This document shows, in pieces, positions 10,122 through 18,991 of a DNA stretch of 64,000 nt. The position numbers and the translations under genes were made by a program. The stretch covers positions 71,880-135,879 of the forward strand of contig CACYVR010000001.1 in the NCBI GenBank assembly GCA_902777885.1, in the 5' to 3' direction. The first letter of the stretch is position 1, and the number at the start of each line of letters is the position of its first letter. The notes below the pieces were generated by a model, which saw only the letters and a list, made by a program, of their open reading frames with translations, made no database searches and had not been told where the DNA came from. Source of the DNA: an uncultured Methanobrevibacter sp. Lineage in GTDB: Archaea; Methanobacteriota; Methanobacteria; Methanobacteriales; Methanobacteriaceae.

Positions 10122-10425
10122 ATTTATTAAATATTTTATTGGTTATGTAAATGATTTCTTCACCATATGTTGCTAATAAATCAGCAATTAATTCTTCTTG
10201 GTCATAAGATAAATCTACATTATATGAAAACATTGCTGCATGGGCCACTTCATGACACAACACCTTTTTTAATAAACTCCCTCGCAATGTATTATTTATA
10301 TAAATAGTTTTATCTTTATTATTACAACAACCAAGAGCATAGGTATCTTGATTATAATGCTTAAGGGCGGAATCGTATGGCTGCACATATTTTACATTCC
10401 AATTTTCTCTATTGATAATAAACAT
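10105..10425 (-). CDS. Small HEXXH zinc metallopeptidase-like protein (ImmA/IrrE-like)
   Basis: LCHEVAHA with downstream EE; IYIN strand upstream. Confidence 0.75.
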   Translation of the reverse strand: MFIINRENWNVKYVQPYDSALKHYNQDTYALGCCNNKDKTIYINNTLRGSLLKKVLCHEVAHAAMFSYNVDLSYDQEELIADLLATYGEEIIYITNKIFNKLREGY

Positions 10426-11030
10426 TATGCTATTTTATTTGCTAAAGTTGTAATTTTCTGACGAAGAACAGCTTTTTCTTCTGGAGATGCTTTAACAATC
10501 ATTTCAGTAATATCAGATGATAATTCTTGAATATATCTATCAAGCTCTTTCATCTGTTCATCTTTGCTTTTATTTTTTTCTTGTCCTTCCATATACATTT
10601 TTCTATATGTTGGGCTTCTACCTTCACGTGAGTCCCTCATAGATGGCACTATGGTTGTCGTATTGGGTGCGTTATCATAATACATATGACGACTATTTTC
10701 AGTTGCTGTAGATGGCATAGATGTCGTTTGCCCATCATAATACATATAATCGTTACGTCTATCCATTCTTCTTTGATCCATATCGTAATAAATTGGATAT
10801 CCGCCGCCATAATAATAAGTATTGTTTACAGGCTGACGAGTTGTCTCTTTATTATCTGTTTCTTTCATTGCTTCTACGATAGTACAATAATAAATAGCCT
10901 CTTCCATATCCTTTACCATATCTACAACTTCGCCTAACTCTTCTGCGTCAACATCTTGCAAATTATGCATTTGTGACTCAACGCAACTCATAAGCTGCTC
11001 TTTAATACTTTTTAATCTTTCTATACTCAT
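10425..11030 (-). CDS. Hypothetical helical protein (unknown module)
   Basis: Coupled ORF with helical termini and a Tyr/Arg/Met-rich low-complexity centre. Confidence 0.8.
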   Translation of the reverse strand: MSIERLKSIKEQLMSCVESQMHNLQDVDAEELGEVVDMVKDMEEAIYYCTIVEAMKETDNKETTRQPVNNTYYYGGGYPIYYDMDQRRMDRRNDYMYYDGQTTSMPSTATENSRHMYYDNAPNTTTIVPSMRDSREGRSPTYRKMYMEGQEKNKSKDEQMKELDRYIQELSSDITEMIVKASPEEKAVLRQKITTLANKIA

Positions 11031-11033
11031 TTG

Positions 11034-11468
11034 TTACGCCGTCCTTTCTATAATTAAATTTGCATTTTGGACATTGACAGCTTGTGTGCTTGTGTTTTCA
11101 ACAGCAATAGTATAACAACATCCTCTTGGCACTGTAATGAAAATAGAAGCATATACGTTATCATATTCATCGACTGCTGCGGGAGTAACTATTACAGAGC
11201 TACTTGGAACGGGTTCTCCATCAATAGCTAAAGCTAGAGATATTGGTCCTTCTGTTCCACCCGTAGGGATGGCTATATTTGCGCCAAAGGAAACCTTGTA
11301 ACGGGCAAAACACCCGTTACAATTGTTCACAATGCCACGTAAAGTGAATAAACCAGAACCCTCTCTATGGAGGACATATCCTCTGTTACAAGGAACTGGA
11401 GCTTCAGTAAAAAGTACATTCTGTCCAATAGCTATTTCTTGAACAGCATTACTTGTATATTCTGCCAT
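11034..11468 (-). CDS. Hypothetical beta-sandwich protein, possibly BclA-CTD/C1q-like
   Basis: AAAGGAG RBS; alternating beta-strand pattern with several Cys. The fold is an inference. Confidence 0.7.
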   Translation of the reverse strand: MAEYTSNAVQEIAIGQNVLFTEAPVPCNRGYVLHREGSGLFTLRGIVNNCNGCFARYKVSFGANIAIPTGGTEGPISLALAIDGEPVPSSSVIVTPAAVDEYDNVYASIFITVPRGCCYTIAVENTSTQAVNVQNANLIIERTA

Positions 11469-11490
11469 TGTTAATTACTCTCCTTTCAAA

Positions 11491-12360
11491 TTAAGCACCA
11501 CAGCCGCATCCACTATAGAATTGACTTGAGCAACAATTTGGATTTTGCACTACATATGCTGGAATTGGAGCGGGGTTGAGGTATTGCTCCAAAGCAGCTG
11601 TCTGTGCAGCATTATCAGCAAGAATTTGAGCTGTCTGTGCAGTTTGTGTCTGCGCAAATTCAAGTGCATTATTGCGAGCAAGCAATTCTGCATTTTTATC
11701 TTTAAGTGCATCAATTTCCATCTGACAAAGTTTATCCTGAATAGCTTGGAATCCTGCTGTCTGAGAATTAATAAGAGCTTGTGTATTAGCTGTTCCCGCA
11801 GCTAATAAATCTCTTACGCCCTCTGATAAAGCAGTTCTATCTGCGCAGTTTTCAGTAGCTACAGTATACTTCAAGTCAGCTAAGCCCGCACGGTTGTCAC
11901 AGCAGCAATTCTGCAATCCCATCGCGAGTGAGTTCATACTTGCTGTTGTAGCATTTTGATTTGAGTTGAGAGTTTGATATAGACCCATTTGGTTATTACT
12001 TAGGGTTGATAATAGGTTAGCCTGAGCATTACATCTTGATACCTCTGCATTTGCGAAGCCATTAGAGATAGCAGTTGTAAGTCCAGATAAACCACTCATA
12101 ACAGCGGATTGGTCAAAACCTCTCTGTATTTCGGTTGCAGCCGTCGAATTTGCAGCCATTACAGGAAGGACACTTGCCATTCCGTTGTTTCCGTTTCCGC
12201 CCCAGTTGTTACCTCCCCATCCTCCGAAAATCAAGAGAATGAATAAGATAATCCACCATGAGCCTCCATCTCCAAAAAATCCATCTCGGTTACAACATCC
12301 ATTACCCGTTGCCGCAGCAATATCAGATAATGAGTAACCATCTTTACTTGTATTGAACAT
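11491..12360 (-). CDS. Membrane-anchored coiled-coil protein with Cys clusters
   Basis: AAAGGAG RBS before ATG 12360; hydrophobic WWIILFILLIFGGWGG, Gly/Asn linker, Ala/Asn/Gln heptads, NCCC, and a C-terminal NCC...GCGCGA. Confidence 0.8.
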   Translation of the reverse strand: MFNTSKDGYSLSDIAAATGNGCCNRDGFFGDGGSWWIILFILLIFGGWGGNNWGGNGNNGMASVLPVMAANSTAATEIQRGFDQSAVMSGLSGLTTAISNGFANAEVSRCNAQANLLSTLSNNQMGLYQTLNSNQNATTASMNSLAMGLQNCCCDNRAGLADLKYTVATENCADRTALSEGVRDLLAAGTANTQALINSQTAGFQAIQDKLCQMEIDALKDKNAELLARNNALEFAQTQTAQTAQILADNAAQTAALEQYLNPAPIPAYVVQNPNCCSSQFYSGCGCGA

Positions 12361-12382
12361 ATAAGTTCTCCTTTCAAAATAT

Positions 12383-12619
12383 TTATTTAAAGATTTGCTT
12401 GAAATTAGCAAATTCTTTATCAAAATCCATACCTCGTTCTTTAGCGAGGTTTCTTGCTATCTGTTCTAAGCCTTGTTGATCATTGCCTTGCGCAAGCTTC
12501 AATAGATTAGCATACATTGGGTTTTCTTGCGCGCGTTGTTGTAGAACAGACATTACTAATTGTTGCGGATTATTGCCGCCTTTTATCATCTGTATTAATT
12601 GAAGTCCATTTATTGGCAT
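12383..12619 (-). CDS. Small Gln/Asn-rich helical hypothetical protein
   Basis: AGGAGG RBS; NPQQ and NPM motifs. Confidence 0.8.
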   Translation of the reverse strand: MPINGLQLIQMIKGGNNPQQLVMSVLQQRAQENPMYANLLKLAQGNDQQGLEQIARNLAKERGMDFDKEFANFKQIFK

Positions 12620-12630
12620 AGTAATCCTCC

Positions 12631-13065
12631 TTAAAATTTAGCTCCAGCTTCTGCATTGTGTTGTTGTGTAAATTTTTTATCTAAAACCGCGATAGTATCT
12701 GTGACTTGTTTTAACAAAGTATTTAATTCATCTTTTTTTACATATTCATTTAAATCTACTTGCGGTATTGCTGGTTTTTCTGGCTCCGGAGCTGTTAATG
12801 TATATATATTAAAACTCGAAGTTCCATCTATATTTATCTGCTTTGTGTATATTCTTTTATTTGCTATATCTGTAAAAATATTTAGAGTACCATCAAAGTC
12901 TATTTGCGCAACTCTTGCTTCCTCTATTGATGTCACGGGTCTTCCTTTTAAATAATTTACATTATTATTTTCTACTGGCATATATCGCTGCGTAGGGAAT
13001 TGCGGCATATACGGATTAATGGGCTGCTGTATAAAACTTGGTGGTATTTGCGTCTGATAAGCCAT
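12631..13065 (-). CDS. Hypothetical protein with Pro/Gln-rich N-terminus
   Basis: AAGGAG RBS before ATG 13065; first gene of the module. Confidence 0.8.
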   Translation of the reverse strand: MAYQTQIPPSFIQQPINPYMPQFPTQRYMPVENNNVNYLKGRPVTSIEEARVAQIDFDGTLNIFTDIANKRIYTKQINIDGTSSFNIYTLTAPEPEKPAIPQVDLNEYVKKDELNTLLKQVTDTIAVLDKKFTQQHNAEAGAKF

Positions 13066-13162
13066 AAGAACACTCCTTTCCTCTTGTTCATTGTTATATA
13101 AAAATAAAGGCAACGTTTTGAATTAACGTTGCCCAAATTTGTATGAAATTTTATTAAAATTT

Positions 13163-14203
13163 TTATGTAATTGCAGCTGTCTGAATTGAGAATTGTTTAG
13201 AAAAAAGCTCCGTCATACTACTAAAGTCGCCTAAAGGAGGAGAAATCACACCTCCACTGGCGTCTATATTAAATAATGGTTTCTGTCCATCTGCGCCGGA
13301 TACCCAAAAATTTTGTCTTCTAGAGAAATATTTATTCTCTGAGTGTGTTTCTGGTTGATATGAATCGACAAATTCTAAAAAATTATAATCAAAAGAGTCA
13401 GGCTTGAGCCAAGATTTATCGGGTTGTTGTGTCATTATTGTAAGACGATGAACATAACGATGAAAAGCTATAGTATTATCAGGGTTATAATAATTTCCTA
13501 CCCATGACCATTGAACAAATCCAAAATTCTGTAAAGGCATTTCTGCCATATAATGTTTAAAAAAAATATAAGCTTTACCAGGCACCGCTTGTACCCCATT
13601 AATAAACAAAGAAGGGGCATTCTCTTGTAAAGCTACACAATTTCCTGCTAATATAATATTGTTATCTCCTTCTATGTCTGCTATATGATAATAATTCGAC
13701 TGGTCTATTCCATTTGGAGGAGTCACAAATGAATCACGAAGATAATAATTTCCATTGCTATAAGTATATTCGTCTGTTGTTACCCCATTTTGATAAATTT
13801 GTGTTTGTCCGATAGCTGTTTCAAAAGTTTTATTGACATTCATAGTTGGAGAATAACTATTACTTGGATAAAAAGGAGTATAATTAAATCCAAAAATTTG
13901 TATATCCTCATTGTCAGCAGGAACACTATTAAAAGAATTATAAATTTTATAAACTGAATCAATATCATCTTCTGCTATTATAGCTATTTTTTGAGGAATC
14001 AGTTTATCATTAATTTGATAAAGAAAAATTGTATTATCATCTTCCTTTGCTAGACAATATTGCCCATAGTGAAGTTTATTTGCCTTAATTGCCCCAAAAA
14101 TAGTTTCGCTACCAGCAATATCTTCTAATGTACCAAGATTCATTATATCCCTTTGCCCTTTTAATAAAAAATTACATCCTATTTTTCCACCATAAAAATT
14201 CAT
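13163..14203 (-). CDS. Putative tail fibre / receptor-binding protein (FYGG paralog 3)
   Basis: Starts MNFYGGKIGCNF; AAGGAG RBS; distal tail locus. Confidence 0.6.
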   Translation of the reverse strand: MNFYGGKIGCNFLLKGQRDIMNLGTLEDIAGSETIFGAIKANKLHYGQYCLAKEDDNTIFLYQINDKLIPQKIAIIAEDDIDSVYKIYNSFNSVPADNEDIQIFGFNYTPFYPSNSYSPTMNVNKTFETAIGQTQIYQNGVTTDEYTYSNGNYYLRDSFVTPPNGIDQSNYYHIADIEGDNNIILAGNCVALQENAPSLFINGVQAVPGKAYIFFKHYMAEMPLQNFGFVQWSWVGNYYNPDNTIAFHRYVHRLTIMTQQPDKSWLKPDSFDYNFLEFVDSYQPETHSENKYFSRRQNFWVSGADGQKPLFNIDASGGVISPPLGDFSSMTELFSKQFSIQTAAIT

Positions 14204-14223
14204 AATTATTTTTCTCCTTATTG

Positions 14224-15219
14224 CTAATATTGCAATTGCATAATGGCATGGCATGATTTAGTTAATTGCTTAAGGATCGTTTTATTACTGATATCAACTG
14301 GTGAATATGCTGGTTCTATGGCTCGAGCATTTATTGTTATATGAGGATACCATGTGTTTGAAAACACAGTTGTACCTAAACTTCCATCCCCTAACACTTT
14401 ACGATAAGTTAAGCCCAGTGAAACATAGTCAAAAGTGGCTCCATCATCAACACGAAAACCTATTCCTAATGTTTGATTAGGTTGGTAAACTTCCTGAGTA
14501 TTTTCATATCCTTTTCTAACAGGAATAAATCCACTACCCATGCCAAAGAGACCACTTTCTAAAAAAATATAAAAACCTGCTGGTAGTAAGTAAAAAGATC
14601 CATCCGTTCCTTTTTGAAAGACAGTAACATTATCAGTGAAAGTCATTGCTGGAGGTAAGACCCCTCCTTGATAGACATGTAAATAATTTCGTAAATCCAC
14701 CATTTGGCCGTCTATTTCTCTTTCCTGCCCAGCCTCATGAAAATTATAGCAATAATGATGCTGTGCAAATCCTGAATTACGAAAATCACAAATACTATCC
14801 CATGCAGTATTTCCCGTAGTCTCACATTCAACAGATATAGTATCAAAAAAAACCCTTGCAGGAGATTGCACCCCTTGCTCCTGAACGTAATACACTTCTT
14901 GTGTAACCTGATCAGATATATTTTCATTATATCCATAAATAATCGTAAAACCTTCTGAATCATTAGAAGGAAGCTCTCCGGTACAAATAGGAGTGCCGTT
15001 CATTCCTATTCTATATATAACATTTTTTCCGCTTTCCTTTACCATAACATACTCACCTGGTTTGACGTCCCCTCTTTTTATTCCTCCATATACAGTTAAA
15101 GATTCTTTAGAGTCGTTAGGAGTTCCAATCTCAGACCATATTTGTGCATTTCCATTAAATTGGTTAGGACGCATAATAAAAGAATACCCAGTTTGTCCGC
15201 CATAAAAAGAACTTGACAT
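14224..15219 (-). CDS. Putative tail fibre / receptor-binding protein (FYGG paralog 2)
   Basis: Starts MSSSFYGGQTGYSFIMRPN; GGGAGG RBS. Confidence 0.6.
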   Translation of the reverse strand: MSSSFYGGQTGYSFIMRPNQFNGNAQIWSEIGTPNDSKESLTVYGGIKRGDVKPGEYVMVKESGKNVIYRIGMNGTPICTGELPSNDSEGFTIIYGYNENISDQVTQEVYYVQEQGVQSPARVFFDTISVECETTGNTAWDSICDFRNSGFAQHHYCYNFHEAGQEREIDGQMVDLRNYLHVYQGGVLPPAMTFTDNVTVFQKGTDGSFYLLPAGFYIFLESGLFGMGSGFIPVRKGYENTQEVYQPNQTLGIGFRVDDGATFDYVSLGLTYRKVLGDGSLGTTVFSNTWYPHITINARAIEPAYSPVDISNKTILKQLTKSCHAIMQLQY

Positions 15220-15234
15220 TTCACATTCCTCCCA

Positions 15235-16788
15235 TTAAGTTAAATCTGCCTGTATTCTGAAACATATAGGCATATCTATTTCATTTTCTTGAACTGGGTT
15301 AGATCCCAGAACAGTAGCATGCGCTACATCTACAGCTGTTGGGACTAAAGTTGTAGTATTTAGCCCGCTCGCACAAAAGCTATTCTTATCTACTGGTGTG
15401 ATAGTAGCCCACGTAGAACCTGTTAATCCATTAGCAATTTTTCTTCTGTTTTTAGAGGATTGCAGCCATGGATAACAAAGAGCTTGACCCTGGGAATGGA
15501 TAGGTGTTCCAAATATTCTTTGACCAAAAAGTTCTTCTTCTGTTAGACTCCAAATATAACGAGAAGCATAAATAGTTTCTGTATCTGAGCCTGTATAAGC
15601 CAACTGTGCAGTTGTGTAAGCTATTAATTCTTGTGAATCTGTAATATTCGTACTGCTTTTATAGAAATCTTCTTTTTGTAACAAATAGTAATATAGATTT
15701 TCTAAAATCTTTAAAAAAGACATCCATTTATCTTTAGCATTGTTCCCCTGCAAATTTCCAAAACTTGTAGGAGGAACTTCTCCATTTAAAATCCAGAGTG
15801 TAAACGGACACTGGTGTTCAGGTGCAGGAGCTCCATATTCAATTCTCATATGGGTTAAAAAATTATCTTGCGCTAAACTCATATCATGCCGTTGCCAAGC
15901 AAATGCAACTTCGCTACTTAATGAAAAATTAATTCTACGAAATACATTTTCAATAATATTATTAAAAAAAGCATTTTTTACATTCTGGTCACCAAAACGG
16001 TACCTATCATTTGGTCTTGTTTCATCTACTCCAAGTCCTTGATCAAGTAATAAAGAAAAAAACTCCTCTATACTTGTAAAATCTCTTAGCATTGTCTGCA
16101 AAGCTGTATCTAAAACCGGTGTTTCAGGAACCCTTCTTCCAAGATATAACCTTTTTGGAGAAATAAGCCATTCGTAAGGAGATTCGTTATCTTGTAATCC
16201 GCACCTTTGCATATTATTCATCATAATCTCATCATTATCATGTAATCCTTGTAAAAAGAAATTGGGATTAATATTATTGCCACCATTATTACTAGTTTGT
16301 AAAAAAGTCTGATTTCCTAACTCTTTTGCTCTATATATATCCTTCAAACTACTCCCGCAAAAATCAATATGATATAAATCTTGCGATAATTCTTGTTCTG
16401 TTTGCCCGTTATGTGTATTCATTCCTATTATATAAAAATAAAAATCATCAACCATGTATGGGAGATATTCATTTTGAAAAAGATGGATGCAATCTCCCTC
16501 TTTTAAAAAATAATGAATAGTTTTATTATTTAACCATGTCTTTATATTCTCCCATGTTAATTGTTCATATCGCTGATCATGAGCATTCCAAATCGAGCAG
16601 CCATAATCATATATTTTTGGTTCTAAATCTCTAAAAAGTATATCTTGTACATTAGACTTTGTTCTATCTCCATTGCGTAAAATAATATTGGTACCCTCTG
16701 CGCCAATCTCGTAATCTTTCCACCCTAATGTCGAAATTGGTGCATTGGTTTCTTGCTTTACGTGAATTTTAGTAATAATATCTTGCAT
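15235..16788 (-). CDS. Putative tail adhesin with DUF6273/C-type-lectin-like domain
   Basis: GDCI..FYIIGMN..HIDF, IWSLTEEELFG..YPW and terminal PICFRI resemble the DUF6273-type pattern from memory; not searched. Confidence 0.5.
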   Translation of the reverse strand: MQDIITKIHVKQETNAPISTLGWKDYEIGAEGTNIILRNGDRTKSNVQDILFRDLEPKIYDYGCSIWNAHDQRYEQLTWENIKTWLNNKTIHYFLKEGDCIHLFQNEYLPYMVDDFYFYIIGMNTHNGQTEQELSQDLYHIDFCGSSLKDIYRAKELGNQTFLQTSNNGGNNINPNFFLQGLHDNDEIMMNNMQRCGLQDNESPYEWLISPKRLYLGRRVPETPVLDTALQTMLRDFTSIEEFFSLLLDQGLGVDETRPNDRYRFGDQNVKNAFFNNIIENVFRRINFSLSSEVAFAWQRHDMSLAQDNFLTHMRIEYGAPAPEHQCPFTLWILNGEVPPTSFGNLQGNNAKDKWMSFLKILENLYYYLLQKEDFYKSSTNITDSQELIAYTTAQLAYTGSDTETIYASRYIWSLTEEELFGQRIFGTPIHSQGQALCYPWLQSSKNRRKIANGLTGSTWATITPVDKNSFCASGLNTTTLVPTAVDVAHATVLGSNPVQENEIDMPICFRIQADLT

Positions 16789-16792
16789 ATTT

Positions 16793-17215
16793 TCACTCCC
16801 TGTTTAGATATTCTACGATATCTAATTTTTTATCTATATCATCAATATTTTGAATACACATATCTATGCATTGATTTCCCAATGCAGTGACCGCTCCACC
16901 AGAAACCCCTTCTATATTTAAAATTCTGCAATTTATAAATTCAATTTTTTCTCCGTCTCCAACTTCAATAAGGACCTTCTCTACCTCTTCATTTTCTTTA
17001 AGAAAATAAATATAAAATTTACTATCTTTGTTAGCATGTATCATTGCATTAGTAATTACGCACAGGTTTTCAATATTCTCTATTGTAGGAATTGAACCAT
17101 TAGTATTCTGCCAATATCTTAAAAACCCTCTAATAAAATTATCTTGTACTGAATGAGCAGAAGCTCCTTGAGAATCAAAAGGCAAATCATAGTGTACAAA
17201 ATTCGAATACCCCAT
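16793..17215 (-). CDS. Hypothetical tail-region protein
   Basis: Coupled ORF in the tail operon. Confidence 0.65.
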   Translation of the reverse strand: MGYSNFVHYDLPFDSQGASAHSVQDNFIRGFLRYWQNTNGSIPTIENIENLCVITNAMIHANKDSKFYIYFLKENEEVEKVLIEVGDGEKIEFINCRILNIEGVSGGAVTALGNQCIDMCIQNIDDIDKKLDIVEYLNRE

Positions 17216-17219
17216 ATAA

Positions 17220-18674
17220 TCACTCCTCTGATTTTTTTAAAGTTATAGCTGTAGAATTCCATGAAATCATGTTTAATCCAACTATATTAATTTTAATTTG
17301 ATTATTGTTTTGCGCATTTGAAGAATATATAGCAATCATACATATCTCATTTTCTCTATCAAAAGAAAAGTTAGAAGGTATTGGAGTATCTTTTGCTATT
17401 ATTCCGCTAACAAAAATTCTATCAAATTTATAATCTTCTTCCTCATCTATTGTTTCTTTTTTATAAATAAGGATTGCAAAACTATCAAAAAAAGCTCTAT
17501 AGTCTTTTTGATTATATTCAACATCTAAAGATGGAATTGTTGCTCCGTCAACAGTAATATCTGACCATAATCTTAAAAATCCTGGTGATGTATTTGGATC
17601 TTCTACTAAATCAAAATTAAATGATATATAATCATATTGAGGAGTTTCGGCATTGAAAGTTCTCTCAAGCTCTCTCATAAAAGAATTTGATGTTTTTAGT
17701 AAAATTGCAGTACGAAATCCTCTTCCTCCAATTGTTGGAAGATTCATTGTTTTTTGTATTAATAAATATTTAGCTAATTGTCTTTTTACTGCTTCAGTGC
17801 TTAAAGAATCCCATATCGTTTGATATTGTTGAACTGTCCGAAAAGTATTAAAAATATTGGCATAATTTAAATACTCAGAATCAATAGCGTTTTGATCTTC
17901 ACCGTCCTGCGTAACACTTAATCTAATTTCTTGTGAAAAATTAACATTATCTATTCCTCTTACACTATAAATATTATTTTTAATAAAAGCAATGTCTGTA
18001 GTTTCATCATACACTTCCATCCAAAGATCTCCGTTTCTAAAGCTTTCAGTAGGGATAAAAGAGACATCGCTTTCCGTTCCAACATAGGAGTTGCTTGGAA
18101 AATAAACTTCCATATTATAATAGAATGGGGCAACTTTGTTGCCAAGTTGCTCTTTTTTAAGAATAATATCTGGCTTGTAATATTCATGTTTATCATCATT
18201 ATATGCAAGTTGATGTACACCATCAATAGTTTTAATATTAATTACCGGTTGTGGCATCCTTAAACCAAGTTTTGTTTTTTGATCTCCTGTTTCTATATCT
18301 TCTTCTAATTCCCAGTAAGCTTCTAAATCTGTTTGAAATTTTGTTTCACTCTCACTAATAAAATTAATATGGGAAGTGGTCAGATCACTATTTTCTATCT
18401 CTCCATCCCATATAACAGGAGTTAATGAACTTAAATTGTAAATCCTTCCTACACACTCAGGCGTATCCTCTGATGTAATTCGATATATTTTTCCTGATTC
18501 AGAAGTAAAATTACGATTTTCCTCTGTCAGTACAATATAATCTCCGTATTTCAAAGTATTATTAGAAATTCCCGCTCTAACTTGATTAAGATTATTCCAA
18601 AAGCCATTTTCATTATTTGGATTTGGTCTAAGAATAAAAGAATAACCTAATTTTCCACCATAAAAAGAATCCAT
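17220..18674 (-). CDS. Putative tail fibre / receptor-binding protein (FYGG paralog 1)
   Basis: Starts MDSFYGGKLGYSFILRPN; AGGAGG RBS. Confidence 0.6.
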   Translation of the reverse strand: MDSFYGGKLGYSFILRPNPNNENGFWNNLNQVRAGISNNTLKYGDYIVLTEENRNFTSESGKIYRITSEDTPECVGRIYNLSSLTPVIWDGEIENSDLTTSHINFISESETKFQTDLEAYWELEEDIETGDQKTKLGLRMPQPVINIKTIDGVHQLAYNDDKHEYYKPDIILKKEQLGNKVAPFYYNMEVYFPSNSYVGTESDVSFIPTESFRNGDLWMEVYDETTDIAFIKNNIYSVRGIDNVNFSQEIRLSVTQDGEDQNAIDSEYLNYANIFNTFRTVQQYQTIWDSLSTEAVKRQLAKYLLIQKTMNLPTIGGRGFRTAILLKTSNSFMRELERTFNAETPQYDYISFNFDLVEDPNTSPGFLRLWSDITVDGATIPSLDVEYNQKDYRAFFDSFAILIYKKETIDEEEDYKFDRIFVSGIIAKDTPIPSNFSFDRENEICMIAIYSSNAQNNNQIKINIVGLNMISWNSTAITLKKSEE

Positions 18675-18694
18675 TATTTTCCCCCTCCTTCCTT

Positions 18695-18979
18695 TTAATA
18701 TCTATAATCAATAATAAAAATATCTGTACTTTTTACATACATTTCTGTAATTTCTATCAAATCACTTGATAATTCATATACACCAGAACGTCCAATTCTT
18801 ATAAGCTCTTCCCCAATCATAAACTCCGCACCAGGCCTTGACTGAACACCTATCCTTTTAAGGGGAGATACGGGTATATCCCCATGAATAAATAAATCGA
18901 GTCGTTCGGTGGGAGAAATATAGTAATGCCCGTCTGTATTATTCACGACGCACTGTCCAATGTTATACGTTGTTGCCAT
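18695..18979 (-). CDS. Small tail/baseplate protein
   Basis: RBS present; beta-rich with IRIGRSGVYEL motif. Confidence 0.65.
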   Translation of the reverse strand: MATTYNIGQCVVNNTDGHYYISPTERLDLFIHGDIPVSPLKRIGVQSRPGAEFMIGEELIRIGRSGVYELSSDLIEITEMYVKSTDIFIIDYRY

Positions 18980-18991
18980 AAAACCTCTCCT

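Noticed and set aside
15235-16788. Diversity-generating retroelement target
   Set aside because: The C-terminus is CLec-like, but no reverse transcriptase or template repeat was seen in this window; one could lie elsewhere in the genome.
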